The notes: a model not told the origin generated them from the letters alone. A stretch of DNA of 64,000 bases from an uncultured Alphaproteobacteria bacterium (GCA_902610845.1 CACLXJ010000004.1:7116-71115), one strand, 5' to 3'; counted from the stretch's first letter, positions 27,964-40,691 are shown. Numbers and translations are program-made.

Positions 27964-28787
27964 ATATTTATAGTTAATAAATCTTCTCCAATTATAGGAT
28001 CTTTACCAAAATCTTTTTTTACAATTTTCTTTAGTCTTGAAGCATTAAATCTTGTTGGAACAAAATGTGTTAATACAAGTTCTTTACAATTTGATAATTT
28101 AGCAACTTTGCCCACAAAATTACTTGGAGTGTGATACTCTTTAACATTATGTAATGTTTTTTTAGTTCTAAGTTTAGACGTTTTATTCATTTCATATTCT
28201 ATAAAAACCTCATGAAGTAAGACATCTGAGTTCTGAGCATTTTTCATTAAACTCTCACACGGTCTTGTATCTCCACTAATAGTTAATTTCTTATTATTAT
28301 TATAAAATGAAAAACCATATGCATATGGCACTGGTTTATGATCAACTTCAAAATATTTAATTATTATATCGTTTATTTTTATTGAGCCATTTTTTTTCAA
28401 TTCATAAACTTTATATTTAAGTGCATTTGTTGATTTTCTTTTTTCATAAGAAATTCTTAATTCACGTTCAATTTTCCAAGCTAAAAATATTTTATCAACA
28501 AATTTCTTTGTTCCTTTTGGTCCATATATTTTCCATATTGAATCTCTATCAGAGTGCCAAGAAGATATAATGAGCTGATACAAATCTATAACATGATCGG
28601 TGTGTAAATGGGTAAGTAGTAAAGCGTCAATATCAGCAGACGAGTTTTTACTTTGATTTAATCTCTGTGTTACTCCAGAACCACAATCGATTAATATTCT
28701 AGTTTTTTTTGTTGATACAAGGTTTGATGCACCACACCTTTTGTAATCAATTGAAGGGCATCCAGTTCCAAGAAGCGTTAGCTTCAT
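27960..28787 (-). CDS. MBL-fold metallo-hydrolase, RNase Z/ElaC/AtsA-like
   Basis: LLGTG.P, IDCGSG, THLHTDH, SGDTRP, HEV, YHT, LTH motifs. Confidence 0.85.
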   Translation of the reverse strand: MKLTLLGTGCPSIDYKRCGASNLVSTKKTRILIDCGSGVTQRLNQSKNSSADIDALLLTHLHTDHVIDLYQLIISSWHSDRDSIWKIYGPKGTKKFVDKIFLAWKIERELRISYEKRKSTNALKYKVYELKKNGSIKINDIIIKYFEVDHKPVPYAYGFSFYNNNKKLTISGDTRPCESLMKNAQNSDVLLHEVFIEYEMNKTSKLRTKKTLHNVKEYHTPSNFVGKVAKLSNCKELVLTHFVPTRFNASRLKKIVKKDFGKDPIIGEDLLTINI

Positions 28788-30946
28788 TATTCATCTAAAA
28801 ATGTTTTTAATTTCCTTGCTCTAGTCGGATGTTTTAATTTCCTTAATGCTTTAGCTTCAATTTGTCTTATCCTTTCTCTTGTAACACTAAATTGCTGACC
28901 AACTTCTTCTAATGTGTGATCACTATTCATACCAATACCAAAGCGCATTCTTAGAACTCTCTCTTCTCTTGGTGTTAAAGAGGATAATATTCTTGTAGTA
29001 GTATCTCTAAGAGAACTTTTAACTGCAGCATCTATTGGTATAAGCGCATTTTTATCTTCAATAAAATCTCCTAAAGAACTATCTTCTTCATCTCCAACAG
29101 GCGTTTCTAAACTAATAGGTTCTTTTGCAATTTTAAGAACTTTTTTTACTTTATCTAAAGGCATGTGTAACCTATCTGCTAACTCATTAGGTGTAGGCTC
29201 TCTACCAATCTCAGACATTATTTGTCTTGTGGTTCTAACAATTTTATTTATTGTTTCTATCATGTGGACTGGTATTCTTATAGTTCTTGCTTGGTCAGCA
29301 ATTGATCTTGTTATTGCTTGTCTAATCCACCAAGTAGCATAAGTAGAAAATTTATAACCTCTTCTATATTCAAATTTATCAACTGCCTTCATAAGACCAA
29401 TATTACCTTCTTGTATCAAATCTAAAAACTGAAGACCTCTATTTGTATATTTTTTGGCTATAGAAATAACTAATCTTAAATTAGATTCTATCATTTCTTT
29501 CTTTGCTCTATTTGCCGATCTTTCACCTTGTTGAACAGTACCAACTATTCTTCTAAACTCTGGTAAAGGTAGTTCTGAAGCTGTTTGAATTTCTTTTATC
29601 TCTTCAATATTTTTATTAATTTCAATATGATTCCTATTTATGAACTTTTCCCAATTTTTATCTTTTGTTGCCAGAAGACTTTGTATCCAATTTTTTTCAA
29701 AATTAAAATTTAAGTATTTGTCAACAAAATCCTCTCTTTTAACTCCTGAGCCTGTAGCCATTCTTAGCATTTTTCCTTCTCTTAAAAGTAGTTTTTTATT
29801 AAGTTCATAAAGAGCTTCCATTAGAGCTTCAATAGTTGTGGAGTTAAAATGAACAGCTTTCATTGCTCCAACCATTTCTTTTTGTATTTTTAAATATTTT
29901 TTTTCTAAAGATGCATAATTTTTTTCATTTTTTTTATCTGCATTGATTAATTCTTGACTGTGTTTTTGAAGTTTTTTGAATAACTTTGTTATATCGTTAA
30001 AATCGTTTAATACTTTTGGTTTAAGCTTTTCTTCCATTGCTGCCAGTGAAACATTAAGACTGTCGTCATCCTCATCCTCTTGTTGTTGCTCTTCTTCACT
30101 ATTTTCTTGATTACTTTCTTTATTATCTTTCTTTTTTTTATCCTCTTCCTTATTATCTCCACCACTTTCAATAAGCTTAAGTGTATCTTCTAATTTTGAA
30201 TCAGAAATATCAGACATATCGTAAGTAGCTTCCAAATCCACTATATCTCTTAAAAGCATTGTCCCATCTTTAATTGCATCTTTCCAATTGATAATTGATC
30301 TAATCGTCATTGGGCTTTCACAAATTGCACCAATCATTTTTTCTCTTCCTGCTTCTATTCTTTTAGCTATAGCTATTTCACCTTCTCTACTAAGAAGCTC
30401 AACAGCCCCCATATCTCTTAAATATAATCTTACTGGGTCGTCTGTTTTTCCAGTTTGTTTTTTTTCTTGGTCATCATCTCCCTGTTCAGCTTTTGTAGCT
30501 TGTTCTTTTGCTAGAGCTGTTAATTCTTTTGCCTCTTCCTCAGAATGAATTTTAATGTTATTAGAGGTAATAAGATTACTAAATTTTTTAATATTTTCCT
30601 CAAGTCTAAATTTTTTAGGAATAGCTTTTTCAATTATTTTTTGAGTATATATTCCATCAATTTTATGTTTATTAATTAATTTAGCAAATATTTCTTTTAT
30701 TTTTTCTTCAAAACCTGAAATTGCTTTTGGAATTTTTTTTGGTTTATCTTCTTGTGAAGCTTTAATTAAAGACTTCTTAGATACTTTTTTTGCAATAGTT
30801 TTTTTTGTTTTTTTTATAATTTTTGATTTAGATGCTTGAGAAGGTTTGGAAATGGATTTCTTCTTAGTTAATTTTTTTTTAATAGAAGTTTTCTTTTTAG
30901 GTGCCTTTGTTTTCTTCTTTACGGTTTTTTTCTTCTTTTTTGCCAT
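28787..30946 (-). CDS. rpoD: RNA polymerase primary sigma factor with Lys-rich N-terminal extension
   Basis: [65 protein letters not shown]. Confidence 0.98.
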   Translation of the reverse strand: MAKKKKKTVKKKTKAPKKKTSIKKKLTKKKSISKPSQASKSKIIKKTKKTIAKKVSKKSLIKASQEDKPKKIPKAISGFEEKIKEIFAKLINKHKIDGIYTQKIIEKAIPKKFRLEENIKKFSNLITSNNIKIHSEEEAKELTALAKEQATKAEQGDDDQEKKQTGKTDDPVRLYLRDMGAVELLSREGEIAIAKRIEAGREKMIGAICESPMTIRSIINWKDAIKDGTMLLRDIVDLEATYDMSDISDSKLEDTLKLIESGGDNKEEDKKKKDNKESNQENSEEEQQQEDEDDDSLNVSLAAMEEKLKPKVLNDFNDITKLFKKLQKHSQELINADKKNEKNYASLEKKYLKIQKEMVGAMKAVHFNSTTIEALMEALYELNKKLLLREGKMLRMATGSGVKREDFVDKYLNFNFEKNWIQSLLATKDKNWEKFINRNHIEINKNIEEIKEIQTASELPLPEFRRIVGTVQQGERSANRAKKEMIESNLRLVISIAKKYTNRGLQFLDLIQEGNIGLMKAVDKFEYRRGYKFSTYATWWIRQAITRSIADQARTIRIPVHMIETINKIVRTTRQIMSEIGREPTPNELADRLHMPLDKVKKVLKIAKEPISLETPVGDEEDSSLGDFIEDKNALIPIDAAVKSSLRDTTTRILSSLTPREERVLRMRFGIGMNSDHTLEEVGQQFSVTRERIRQIEAKALRKLKHPTRARKLKTFLDE

Positions 30947-30950
30947 AGCT

Positions 30951-32702
30951 TTATTTTAATAACTCTTCATTGTTGTGAAGATTAAAAGTAATATTTTTTA
31001 ACTCATCCCAAGTCATTGTAGATGAGTTATTATCAATATCACTTAGGCTTTTATTTATTTTTTTCAAATTTGAAAGTCTTGTCTTCAAATTATTTATGGA
31101 TTCTTTAATTTCATTTATAACTTCCTCAGAATCATGGTCTAGGCGTACATAAGGAAAAAGTTGAAATATACTATTATCCTTAGTTTTATGGTAAATTTCA
31201 GATACTTTATTGGGAAATTTATTAATATTAATATTATCTATATCAACGTCAAAAAACTCTGATTTATGAATAAAATTTAAGAATTCAGTCTGATCATCAT
31301 TTAATAATTCAGAAACTATCAACAGCGAATAGATCTCTTGTCTTAAATTCATATGATTTAAATAAGCTGTCAAAAAAGAATATATTTGTTTATCTTTTAA
31401 TGAAATCGTTTTTGGAACAATTTTAATAGATTGTTTTTTAGTAGAAAATGATTTTAGTTTTTGAAAAAATAGAGATTTAAACTCATTTTTGTAAAAATAT
31501 TTTATTTTACTATCTTTTATATTGCTGACTAATTCATCAATATAGCTATCAAAAATAACTTTATTATCAGATTTTTGTAAATCAATTGATTTTGATGATT
31601 CCTGAAAAATAAAATCTACAACTGAAAGTGGATTTTTTAAATATTTTGCAAATTTGATTAAAGAATATTCATTTATGAAAGTATCAGGATCATATTCATT
31701 TGGTAAAATAATAAATTGTAATAATTTTGAAGGAGTTAAGTAGGGTAATGACATTATAGCACTTTTAAAAGAAGCTTTTAAACCTGATGTATCTCCATCA
31801 AACATTAATGTTGGTTTATTTACATATTTCCATGATAATAAAAGATGACTATCAGTTAAAGAAGTGCCTAGTGGAGCTACAGCTGTTTTAATATTTTTGT
31901 CATACAAACTTATCACATCCATATAACCCTCACAAATTAACATATTTTTTTTTGACCTTATGGTTTGTTTAGCATTAAAAAGATTATACAAAATATTTCT
32001 TTTTTTAAAAAAATCACTCTCAGGAGAATTAATATATTTTGGATTTGAATTATCTAGTACTCTTCCTCCAAATCCAACAATTTTTCCATATTCATTTATA
32101 ATTGGAAAAATAAGCCTATTGTAAAAAAAATCACGTATCTTATTATTTTTATCTAGTTTTACTACATTACTTTCAAGCAGTTCTTTATCTTCAAAATCTT
32201 GTTCTTTTAGAAATTGATAAAGAGTTTGTTTTGAGCTAGAAGAATATCCTAACTTAAAATACTTAATAGTCTCTTCTGATAAATTTCTTTTATTTAAATA
32301 TCTTTGACAATCTTTATTTGCCTGAAGATTATCTTGAAACCACTTTGTCGAAATTTCTAAAATTTTAAAAATTTTATCATTTTTTTTATTAAAATTTGAA
32401 TCAAAATTATCAACTATTCTAATGCCAACTCTTTGAGCTAACTCTTTTACTGCTTCAGGGAATGAAAAATTATAAAGCTCTGTGTATATGGTGAATATAT
32501 CTCCTTTAGCCCCACATCCAAAACAGTAATAGGAACCTAAATCATCATTTATTTTGCAAGATGGAGTTTTTTCATCGTGAAAGGGGCAGCAACACCAACT
32601 ATCTTTACCTTTTTTTATAACTTTTGTTTTCTTTTCAATTTCTTGTGAAAGAATAATTTTTGATTTTATTAATTCAAGATCATTTTTTGAAAATGACATC
32701 AA
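30951..32702 (-). CDS. dnaG: DNA primase
   Basis: [10 protein letters not shown] zinc finger, GFGGR, KYINSPE, EGYMDV, FDGD TOPRIM motif. Confidence 0.96.
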   Translation of the reverse strand: MMSFSKNDLELIKSKIILSQEIEKKTKVIKKGKDSWCCCPFHDEKTPSCKINDDLGSYYCFGCGAKGDIFTIYTELYNFSFPEAVKELAQRVGIRIVDNFDSNFNKKNDKIFKILEISTKWFQDNLQANKDCQRYLNKRNLSEETIKYFKLGYSSSSKQTLYQFLKEQDFEDKELLESNVVKLDKNNKIRDFFYNRLIFPIINEYGKIVGFGGRVLDNSNPKYINSPESDFFKKRNILYNLFNAKQTIRSKKNMLICEGYMDVISLYDKNIKTAVAPLGTSLTDSHLLLSWKYVNKPTLMFDGDTSGLKASFKSAIMSLPYLTPSKLLQFIILPNEYDPDTFINEYSLIKFAKYLKNPLSVVDFIFQESSKSIDLQKSDNKVIFDSYIDELVSNIKDSKIKYFYKNEFKSLFFQKLKSFSTKKQSIKIVPKTISLKDKQIYSFLTAYLNHMNLRQEIYSLLIVSELLNDDQTEFLNFIHKSEFFDVDIDNININKFPNKVSEIYHKTKDNSIFQLFPYVRLDHDSEEVINEIKESINNLKTRLSNLKKINKSLSDIDNNSSTMTWDELKNITFNLHNNEELLK

Positions 32703-33154
32703 TTGCCCAGTAAAGATTTAGCAATTTTTCCAACTAAACCCATATCTATTTTTCCAGTATATTTTTCCTTAATTATTTTCATAAGAGCACCCATTTCTTT
32801 GAGTGATGTAAAATTATTTTCTTGAATTATATTTTTTATGATCAATTTTGTTTCATCTTCATCCATTTGTTTTGGTAAAAACATTTCTATTACTTTAATT
32901 TCATTTAGTTCATTTTCAATAAGATCATTCCGATTCGCTTTTTCAAAAGCTTCTATTGAATCTTTTCTTTGTTTTACTAAGCTTTGAAGTAAACTTAAAA
33001 TATCAGAATCGGTCAAAGAGTCTTGCTTACCTCTCAAAGAAATTTCCTTATCTTTAATTGCACTCTTTATTAATCGTAATGTATTTATAGAATTACTGTC
33101 TTTTTCTTTGATAGAATTGTTGTAATGACTTTCAATTTTATCCTTTAAGCTCAT
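32699..33154 (-). CDS. GatB/YqeY domain protein
   Basis: TLRLIKSAIK, KQRKDSIEAF, FLPKQM, EMGALM; typical position between carA and dnaG. Confidence 0.9.
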   Translation of the reverse strand: MSLKDKIESHYNNSIKEKDSNSINTLRLIKSAIKDKEISLRGKQDSLTDSDILSLLQSLVKQRKDSIEAFEKANRNDLIENELNEIKVIEMFLPKQMDEDETKLIIKNIIQENNFTSLKEMGALMKIIKEKYTGKIDMGLVGKIAKSLLGN

Positions 33155-33219
33155 ATTTTTTCACTTTCTAATAAATTTTATTTAATAATATAATTCTTCT
33201 TTTTATTTTCAACTAATCC

Positions 33220-33248
33220 TTGACTACATTGTTATAAATGCCTACTAA
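33220..33248 (+). promoter_or_regulatory. Putative sigma-70 promoter for carAB
   Basis: TTGACT-N17-TACTAA upstream of carA. Confidence 0.4.
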
Positions 33249-33274
33249 CTATCATTTTGCTTCATCAAAATATA

Positions 33275-34444
33275 ATGGAAGTTTTAAAAAAAGAGCCACA
33301 TATACACAATAAATCTGCTGCTCTTGTATTAGAAAATGGTGAAATCTTATGGGGTTATGGATTAGGAGAAAAAAAGGCTGCCGTAGGTGAGCTTTGTTTT
33401 AATACTTCTCAAACAGGCTATCAAGAAGCATTATCTGATCCTTCATATACTAAACAAATCATAACATTTACTTTTCCACATGTTGGAATTGTAGGTACAA
33501 ATCAAGAAGATCAAGAATCAAAAAAAATCTACGCTGATGGTTGTGTAATAAATCAGCCTTTATCAGAATATTCAAATTGGAGAGCAGAAAATGACTTAAA
33601 TTCATATTTTTTAAAAAACAATATTCCATGTATTTTTGGAATTGACACTAGATACTTAACTAAGAAATTATCTGTTGAGGGGGCTAAGAAGGCAGCAATT
33701 ATTCACTTTGGAGAAGGTGAAAATAAAATTGAAAAACTTAAAACTCAAATAAATGAGTGGAAAGGTCTTCAAAATTTAGATTTGGCTGGGATAGTATCGA
33801 CAGACCAAAACTATAATTGGAAAAAAGGAATATGGAAAAGTGATAAATCAATTAAAAGCCAATTTAAATATAATGTCACTTGTTTGGATTTTGGTATCAA
33901 AAATAATATTTTAAGAAATCTAAATGAATTTAATCTTAAACCAACCGTATTAAATTTATTTTCTAGCTACGAAGAAATAATAGAAACTAATCCCTCAGGA
34001 ATTTTTTTATCAAATGGTCCTGGTGATCCTTATGCCACAGGTAGTAAAATAGTTGATGTGATTAAAAAATTAATTGATGATAATATTCCAATATTTGGAA
34101 TATGTTTAGGGCATCAAATATTAGGATTGGCATTAAATGCAAAGACTAAAAAAATGTTTCAGGGTCACAGAGGTTCAAACCATCCTGTTAAAAATCTTAC
34201 AACAGGTATTGTTGAAATTACTTCACAAAATCATGGTTTTGAAGTGGATAGAGATAGTTTTAGCAAAGATATAATTGAAACTCATATTTCACTATTTGAT
34301 GGGACCAATGAAGGTTTAAGACATAAGCATTTGCCAGTATTTAGTGTTCAGTATCATCCAGAGGCATCCCCTGGTCCTCACGATAGTCATTATTTGTTTG
34401 AAGAATTTTATAAACTTATTGAAAAAAATGCCAAAAAGAACTGA
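33275..34444 (+). CDS. carA: Carbamoyl-phosphate synthase small subunit
   Basis: [37 protein letters not shown]. Start placed at ATG 33275 (TTG 33257 is the alternative). Confidence 0.96.
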   Translation: MEVLKKEPHIHNKSAALVLENGEILWGYGLGEKKAAVGELCFNTSQTGYQEALSDPSYTKQIITFTFPHVGIVGTNQEDQESKKIYADGCVINQPLSEYSNWRAENDLNSYFLKNNIPCIFGIDTRYLTKKLSVEGAKKAAIIHFGEGENKIEKLKTQINEWKGLQNLDLAGIVSTDQNYNWKKGIWKSDKSIKSQFKYNVTCLDFGIKNNILRNLNEFNLKPTVLNLFSSYEEIIETNPSGIFLSNGPGDPYATGSKIVDVIKKLIDDNIPIFGICLGHQILGLALNAKTKKMFQGHRGSNHPVKNLTTGIVEITSQNHGFEVDRDSFSKDIIETHISLFDGTNEGLRHKHLPVFSVQYHPEASPGPHDSHYLFEEFYKLIEKNAKKN

Positions 34445-37400
34445 TATAAATAAAATATTAATAGTAGGTGCAGGCCCTATAGTTATTGGTCAGGCTTGTG
34501 AATTTGATTATTCGGGTGCTCAGGCATGTAAGTCTCTCAAAGATGAAGGTTATAAAATTGTATTAATTAATTCAAATCCAGCAACAATAATGACTGATCC
34601 AGAACTAGCTGATCAAACTTATATAGAGCCTATAACTAAAGAATTTGTTGAAAAAATAATCGAAATCGAAAAACCAGATGCTCTTCTCCCAACTATGGGA
34701 GGACAAACTGCTTTAAATGTTTCAATGGAACTTTTTAATAATCATATACTTGAAAAACATGGAGTGAAAATGATTGGAGCTAATCCAACAGCAATAGAAT
34801 TAGCTGAGGATAGACAAAAATTTAAAGATGCTATGAAAGAAATTGGTCTAAGCTGTCCTAAAAGTTATGTAGTTAACACTATTGAAGAGTCAAAAAGGGT
34901 AAAAAATGAATTAAATTTACCTCTTGTGATTAGACCAAGTTTTACACTTGGAGGTACTGGTGGTGGTGTTGCCTATGATGATGAGGGATTTATTGATTTA
35001 TGTTATAGGGGTTTAAGTGCTAGCCCAACCAATCAAATACTTATTGAAAAATCTGTATCAGGTTGGAAAGAATTTGAGATGGAAGTTGTTAGAGATAATA
35101 AAGATAATTGTATTATTGTTTGCTCAATTGAAAATGTTGATCCAATGGGTGTTCATACTGGAGATAGCATAACAGTAGCACCATCCTTAACATTAACTGA
35201 TAAAGAATATCAAATTTTAAGGAATGCTAGCATTAAGGTTCTCAGAAAAATAGGTGTAGATACTGGAGGCTCAAATGTTCAATTTGCAATTAATCCTGAA
35301 GACGGAGAAATTAATGTAATTGAAATGAATCCAAGAGTTAGTAGATCTTCAGCATTAGCATCAAAAGCTACAGGTTTTCCAATAGCAAAAATTGCTGCAA
35401 AATTAGCTGTAGGTTATACTTTGGATGAACTTGAAAATGATATTACTACAACAACACCTGCAAGTTTTGAACCAACTATTGATTATGTTGTAACTAAAAT
35501 TCCAAGATTTACTTTTGAAAAATTTGTTGGTGCTAATTCTGACTTAACGACATCCATGAAATCGGTTGGTGAGGCAATGAGTATAGGTAGATCTTTTAAT
35601 GAATCAATCCAAAAGGGGTTTAATTCTCTTGAGTATGGTTTAACTGGTTTTGATAAACCAAAACTTAGCTCATATGATAAAAATACAATTTTGAATGAAC
35701 TTAAAATACAATCTTCTCAACGCTTATTAGTTGTAGGAGAAGCCCTAAGGATTGGATTAACAGTTGATGAAATAAATCAAACTACAAAATATGATAAATG
35801 GTTTTTATATCAAATTAAATCAATAATTGATTTTGAAAAAATATTAAAAGAAAAAGGCCTCAACAAAGATATAATATTATATGCTAAGAAAATAGGCTTC
35901 TCGGATAGTAAAATCTCATCAATATTAAGTATTAAAGAAAAAGAATTAAGAAAATTTAGAAATAATAACTATATTAATCCTATCTTCAGACTAGTGGATA
36001 CTTGTGCAGGTGAATTTAGTTCCAAAACTCCGTATCTTTATTCTACTTACGATTGGAATTTTGAAAATACTAAATTCTGTGAAGCAAATCCTACATCAAA
36101 GGACAAAGTAATAATACTTGGAGGTGGTCCTAACAGAATAGGCCAAGGCATTGAATTTGATTATTGCTGTGTACATGCTGTCTATGCATTAAAAGAAAAG
36201 GGTATTGAAACAATAATGATAAATTGTAACCCAGAAACAGTTTCAACTGACTATGATACTGCTGATAGACTTTATTTTGAACCACTTTCAGCTGAAAGTG
36301 TTATTGAAATTTACAATAAAGAAAAAAGTAATGGAAATGTTCTTGGTGTGTTAGTTCAATTTGGAGGTCAGACTCCATTAAAAATTGCAAAAGAATTAGA
36401 AGAAGCTGGAATAAAAGTTATAGGAACTTCAACTGACGCAATAGATTTAGCTGAAGATAGAGATAGATTCAGTGAAATATTAATGAAACTAAAAATTGAT
36501 CAACCAAAAAATGCTTTTGCAAATACTGTAGCTCAAACTTTAGAAAAAGCTGAGGAAATTGGATATCCTGTTTTAGTTAGACCTTCGTATGTACTTGGAG
36601 GAAGAGCCATGCAAATCGCATACGATAAAGATAATTTAGAGTCATTTTCTAATGAAGCTCTTGAAGTTTCTTCAAATAACGTAATTTTAATTGATGAGTA
36701 TCTTGAGAATGCCAAAGAAATAGATGTAGATATAATTAGAGATAAAAATGGAGAAATATTTGTAGCTGGGATTATGGAACACATCGAAGAGGCAGGAATT
36801 CACTCTGGAGATAGTGCTTGTTCCTTACCTCCATACTCAGTCAGTAAAGAAATCCAGAATAAAATAATTGAATGGGTATCAAAAATTGCCAATGAAATTA
36901 ATGTTGTTGGATTAATGAATACTCAATTAGCAATTAAAGATAAAAAAATATATGTTTTAGAAGTAAACCCAAGAGCCAGCAGGACGGTACCATTTGTTGC
37001 TAAATCAAAAGGTATTCCAGTCGCAAAAATTGCAGCAAAAGTAATGGTTGGGGAAAATCTTAATTCAATTTTGAATGATTATAAAATTAATGAATTAAAA
37101 AACTTTAATGTAAAAGAATCTGTTTTTCCTTTCAATAAATTTGATGGAGTTGATCTAATATTAGGTCCTGAAATGAAATCTACAGGAGAAGTTATGGGAA
37201 TAGATGAAACCTTTTTATCTTCCTATATAAAAAGCCAAATAGCCTGTGGTAATATTCTTCCATCTAAAGGTACAGTATTTATCTCAATAGATAATGATAA
37301 TAAAAAGTTCATTATTGAGATAGCACAAAAGTTAAAAGAATTAGATTTTAAACTACTTGCAACTAAAGGGACTGCTGATTACTTAAATTCTAATAACATC

Positions 37401-37658
37401 AAGACAAAAATAGTAAATAAAGTAAAAGAAGGTAATCCTCATGTAGTTGACTCATTAATTAATAATGAAATTCAGCTAGTAATTAATACAACAAAAACTC
37501 AATCATCTATTAGAGATAGCTATAGTATTAGAAGGACATCGTTAATGTATAATATTCCATATTATACGACAATAGCTGGAGCAAAAGTTGCTGTAGATGC
37601 TATTGAACATATGAAAACTCAGGAATTCACAATAAAAAGTCTTCAAACTATAAATTAA
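34428..37658 (+). CDS. carB: Carbamoyl-phosphate synthase large subunit
   Basis: [24 protein letters not shown], duplicated ATP-grasp domains, C-terminal MGS domain. Start moved to ATG 34428. Confidence 0.98.
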   Translation: MPKRTDINKILIVGAGPIVIGQACEFDYSGAQACKSLKDEGYKIVLINSNPATIMTDPELADQTYIEPITKEFVEKIIEIEKPDALLPTMGGQTALNVSMELFNNHILEKHGVKMIGANPTAIELAEDRQKFKDAMKEIGLSCPKSYVVNTIEESKRVKNELNLPLVIRPSFTLGGTGGGVAYDDEGFIDLCYRGLSASPTNQILIEKSVSGWKEFEMEVVRDNKDNCIIVCSIENVDPMGVHTGDSITVAPSLTLTDKEYQILRNASIKVLRKIGVDTGGSNVQFAINPEDGEINVIEMNPRVSRSSALASKATGFPIAKIAAKLAVGYTLDELENDITTTTPASFEPTIDYVVTKIPRFTFEKFVGANSDLTTSMKSVGEAMSIGRSFNESIQKGFNSLEYGLTGFDKPKLSSYDKNTILNELKIQSSQRLLVVGEALRIGLTVDEINQTTKYDKWFLYQIKSIIDFEKILKEKGLNKDIILYAKKIGFSDSKISSILSIKEKELRKFRNNNYINPIFRLVDTCAGEFSSKTPYLYSTYDWNFENTKFCEANPTSKDKVIILGGGPNRIGQGIEFDYCCVHAVYALKEKGIETIMINCNPETVSTDYDTADRLYFEPLSAESVIEIYNKEKSNGNVLGVLVQFGGQTPLKIAKELEEAGIKVIGTSTDAIDLAEDRDRFSEILMKLKIDQPKNAFANTVAQTLEKAEEIGYPVLVRPSYVLGGRAMQIAYDKDNLESFSNEALEVSSNNVILIDEYLENAKEIDVDIIRDKNGEIFVAGIMEHIEEAGIHSGDSACSLPPYSVSKEIQNKIIEWVSKIANEINVVGLMNTQLAIKDKKIYVLEVNPRASRTVPFVAKSKGIPVAKIAAKVMVGENLNSILNDYKINELKNFNVKESVFPFNKFDGVDLILGPEMKSTGEVMGIDETFLSSYIKSQIACGNILPSKGTVFISIDNDNKKFIIEIAQKLKELDFKLLATKGTADYLNSNNIKTKIVNKVKEGNPHVVDSLINNEIQLVINTTKTQSSIRDSYSIRRTSLMYNIPYYTTIAGAKVAVDAIEHMKTQEFTIKSLQTIN

Positions 37659-37663
37659 TTTTA

Positions 37664-37692
37664 TTGACTATAAAAAATAAATAAATCATCAT
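37664..37692 (+). promoter_or_regulatory. Putative sigma-70 promoter for greA (leaderless geometry)
   Basis: TTGACT-N17-CATCAT ending 6 nt before ATG 37699. Confidence 0.45.
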
Positions 37693-37698
37693 GAGTTT

Positions 37699-38172
37699 AT
37701 GAATAAAATTCCTATGACTTCTGAGGGTTATACAAAATTACAAGATGAATTAAAGAAATTAACCTCTCAAGATAGGCCAAAAATTATTGAAGCAATTGCC
37801 GAGGCTAGAAGCCACGGGGACTTATCTGAAAATGCAGAATATCAATATGCTAAAGAACAACAAAGTTTAATTGAAGGAAGAATTATAGATTTAGAGAGTG
37901 CTATTAGCAAAGCAGAGGTAATAGATGTTAAATCTGTTGAAGGTGACGATATTAAATTTGGTGCAACAGTTGAAATAGAAGATGATGAAAGTGGAGAAAA
38001 ACAACAATATCAAATTGTTGGGGAATATGAATCAGATATTGAAAATAAAAAACTTTCAATTACTAGTCCTTTAGCTAGAGGCTTGATTGGTAAAACAGTA
38101 GAAGACAATGTTGAAATCAATAGTCCAAAAGGTTTAAAAAGTTATACAATACTATCAATAAAATACATTTGA
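37699..38172 (+). CDS. greA: Transcription elongation factor GreA
   Basis: EARSHGDLSENAEY, SPLARGLIGK. Confidence 0.96.
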   Translation: MNKIPMTSEGYTKLQDELKKLTSQDRPKIIEAIAEARSHGDLSENAEYQYAKEQQSLIEGRIIDLESAISKAEVIDVKSVEGDDIKFGATVEIEDDESGEKQQYQIVGEYESDIENKKLSITSPLARGLIGKTVEDNVEINSPKGLKSYTILSIKYI

Positions 38173-39122
38173 ATATAGACAATCCTAAAATTTGGTCATT
38201 AACTGATGGTTCACAAGGAATGATAAGTCAGACTAAAGGTCTGGCAAATGAATTGAGTGTAAATATAAAGGAAATTAAAACTGAAATAATTTTTCCTTGG
38301 AATAAATTACAGCCTGGGATACTTCCTTTTTTTAATTGGATATTTATAAATAAGTTACCAATAGATGAGATACCTGATTTAGTTATCAGTTGTGGAAGAA
38401 AAAGTGTTTACCTATCAATTTATCTTAAAAAAAAATATCCAAATATTATTAATATTCATATTCAAAACCCAAAAATTTCTTCAAAAAACTTTTCTTATGT
38501 TATAGCTCCAAATCATGATGGTTTATATGGTGACAATATAATTAATTCTTCGGGTGCAATACATCATTTTAAACAATTTAATAATTTGAAAAATCATTAT
38601 GAAATTAAAAAAAAAAATTTAATCACATGTATTATTGGAGGTGAAAATAATCATTATAATTTCTCAAAAGAAAATACTTTAGATCTTTGTAAAAGAATAA
38701 AAAAATTAAAGTCTCATAATAATGAAATTTTAGTTCTTACTTCGAGAAGAACTAATAAAGAAATTAAGCATATTTTGAAAAAAGAATTGAGCACTATGTC
38801 TACATTATGGCTTGGAGAAGGAAAGAATCCATACGAATTTGCTATTTATAATTCCAGTTATTTTATTATTACTTCTGACTCAACCTCTATGATTTCTGAA
38901 GCAAGTATATCTGGTAAGCCAATTTATGTTTATCAATTACCAATGAAGAGAAAAAGTAAAAGATTTACAAGATTCCATGAAGAATTTAAAAAAATGAATA
39001 TAACAAGAGATTTTAATACTTTAGACAAATTAGAAAATTGGACATATACGAAACTAGAGGAAAGCAAAAGAATTGCTGGAATTATAAAAAAAAGAATTAT
39101 AGAAAGGAAAAATGAATCTTGA
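38169..39122 (+). CDS. ELM1/DUF1022 family protein (GT-B-like)
   Basis: TDG..GM.SQ, PDLVISCGR, IQNP, APNHD, TSRRT, NPY, TSDSTSMISEA..SGKP. TTG start. Confidence 0.85.
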   Translation: MNIDNPKIWSLTDGSQGMISQTKGLANELSVNIKEIKTEIIFPWNKLQPGILPFFNWIFINKLPIDEIPDLVISCGRKSVYLSIYLKKKYPNIINIHIQNPKISSKNFSYVIAPNHDGLYGDNIINSSGAIHHFKQFNNLKNHYEIKKKNLITCIIGGENNHYNFSKENTLDLCKRIKKLKSHNNEILVLTSRRTNKEIKHILKKELSTMSTLWLGEGKNPYEFAIYNSSYFIITSDSTSMISEASISGKPIYVYQLPMKRKSKRFTRFHEEFKKMNITRDFNTLDKLENWTYTKLEESKRIAGIIKKRIIERKNES

Positions 39123-39732
39123 GAACTTAACTCATGTAAATTTTCCCTTTAATCACTGGGTATTTAGTAATTGTTTAGAAGAAGGCGCATTAGATGAAAT
39201 TTCCTATAGTAATATTCCGTCAGGAGACAGAATGTACGATGGGACAAGAGCTGCCGATCATACAGGACAGGGAGTTGATGGTAAATTAAGACTTTTTATA
39301 ACAAAAAATAATTGTCAAAATTTTCCATATCTAACAAAATTAATTCATTCTTTACAAAGCAAAGAAATGGTAAATAAAATATCGAATATAATTGATAAAA
39401 ATTTATCAAATTCATACGTCAGATTAGAAATAATAGGAGATAAAAAAGGATTTTGGTTAAAACCACACAAAGATATTTCAGAAAAATTAATAACTATGAT
39501 GGTTTGGGCGAACCCATATAATGAAGCGTCAAATTTGGGTACCGACCTATACGATAAAAATTTTAAATTAGTTAAAACAATTAAATATGTTCATAATAGC
39601 GGTTATTTTTTTTCTTCAGGGGATGATACTTGGCATGGACTTGAATTAAAAGAAATTCAAAAAGAAAGAAGATGTATTCAAATAAATTATGTTACTTTTA
39701 ATACAGATTGGCCAGTTGAAAAAAGTGCTTAA
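39112..39732 (+). CDS. 2OG-Fe(II) oxygenase-like conserved protein
   Basis: FWLKPHKDI (H-x-D), LGTDLYD, TWHG, RRCIQINYV. Confidence 0.7.
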   Translation: MNLENLTHVNFPFNHWVFSNCLEEGALDEISYSNIPSGDRMYDGTRAADHTGQGVDGKLRLFITKNNCQNFPYLTKLIHSLQSKEMVNKISNIIDKNLSNSYVRLEIIGDKKGFWLKPHKDISEKLITMMVWANPYNEASNLGTDLYDKNFKLVKTIKYVHNSGYFFSSGDDTWHGLELKEIQKERRCIQINYVTFNTDWPVEKSA

Positions 39733-39749
39733 ATTATTAATTTAATTAT

Positions 39750-40691
39750 ATGACTGAAAAAATAGAAAATGATGTCTTAATTATTGGCTCTGGACCAGCA
39801 GGCTATACTGCTGCAATCTATGCAGCAAGAGCAAATTTAAAACCGCATTTAGTTTCAGGTTTAGAACCAGGAGGTCAGCTAACCATCACTACGGATGTAG
39901 AAAACTATCCAGGATTTGAAAATGTAATTCAGGGTCCTTGGCTTATGGAACAGATGAAAGAACAAGCAGTAAAAGTAGGAACTATCTTTCATAATGATAT
40001 TGTAACTTCAGTTGATTTTGAAAAAAATCCATTTACTTCCAAAACTGAGTCAGGCAAAGAATTTGTGTCTAAATCGATAATTATTGCAACAGGCGCTCAG
40101 GCTAGATGGCTGAATTTGGAAAGTGAAAAAAAATTTAAAGGATTTGGTATTTCTGCTTGTGCAACTTGCGATGGATTTTTCTTCAAAGATCAGCAAGTAG
40201 CAGTGATTGGTGGAGGTAATAGTGCAGTAGAGGAAGCAATGTTTTTGACTAAATTTGCTTCAAAGGTTTTGTTAATCCATAGAAGAGATAGTTTACGAGC
40301 TGAAAAAATTTTACAAGAAAGACTATTTAACAATGAAAAAATTGAAGTAATTTGGAATAGTAAGGTTTCTGAGTTCGTTGGAGAACAAAATCCAAATACT
40401 TTAAAAAAGATTATTTTAGAGAACACATTAGACGGCACCAAAACAGCTATAGATGTAAATGGTGCTTTTATAGCCATAGGACATGATCCCGCTACTTCAC
40501 TTTTTATAGATAAGTTAAAAATGGACGAGGAAAATTATATAATTACTAAACCTGATAGTACTGAAACAAGTATTAAGGGAGTCTTTGCTGCAGGTGATGT
40601 AAAAGATAAAATTTATAGGCAGGCTGTAACTGCTGCTGGTATGGGCTGTATGGCTGCTTTAGAGGTTGAAAAATATATAGCGGAAAATTAA
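39750..40691 (+). CDS. trxB: Thioredoxin reductase
   Basis: IGSGPAGYTAA, CATCDG, GGGNSAVEE, AAGDV, RQAVTAAG. Confidence 0.97.
   Translation: MTEKIENDVLIIGSGPAGYTAAIYAARANLKPHLVSGLEPGGQLTITTDVENYPGFENVIQGPWLMEQMKEQAVKVGTIFHNDIVTSVDFEKNPFTSKTESGKEFVSKSIIIATGAQARWLNLESEKKFKGFGISACATCDGFFFKDQQVAVIGGGNSAVEEAMFLTKFASKVLLIHRRDSLRAEKILQERLFNNEKIEVIWNSKVSEFVGEQNPNTLKKIILENTLDGTKTAIDVNGAFIAIGHDPATSLFIDKLKMDEENYIITKPDSTETSIKGVFAAGDVKDKIYRQAVTAAGMGCMAALEVEKYIAEN

Noticed and set aside
34344-34427. N-terminal extensions given by the ORF track (carB; likewise starts at 1464, 3456, 12857, 19327)
   Set aside because: They mostly overlap upstream genes or precede the conserved N-termini; downstream ATGs fit homology and coupling better.
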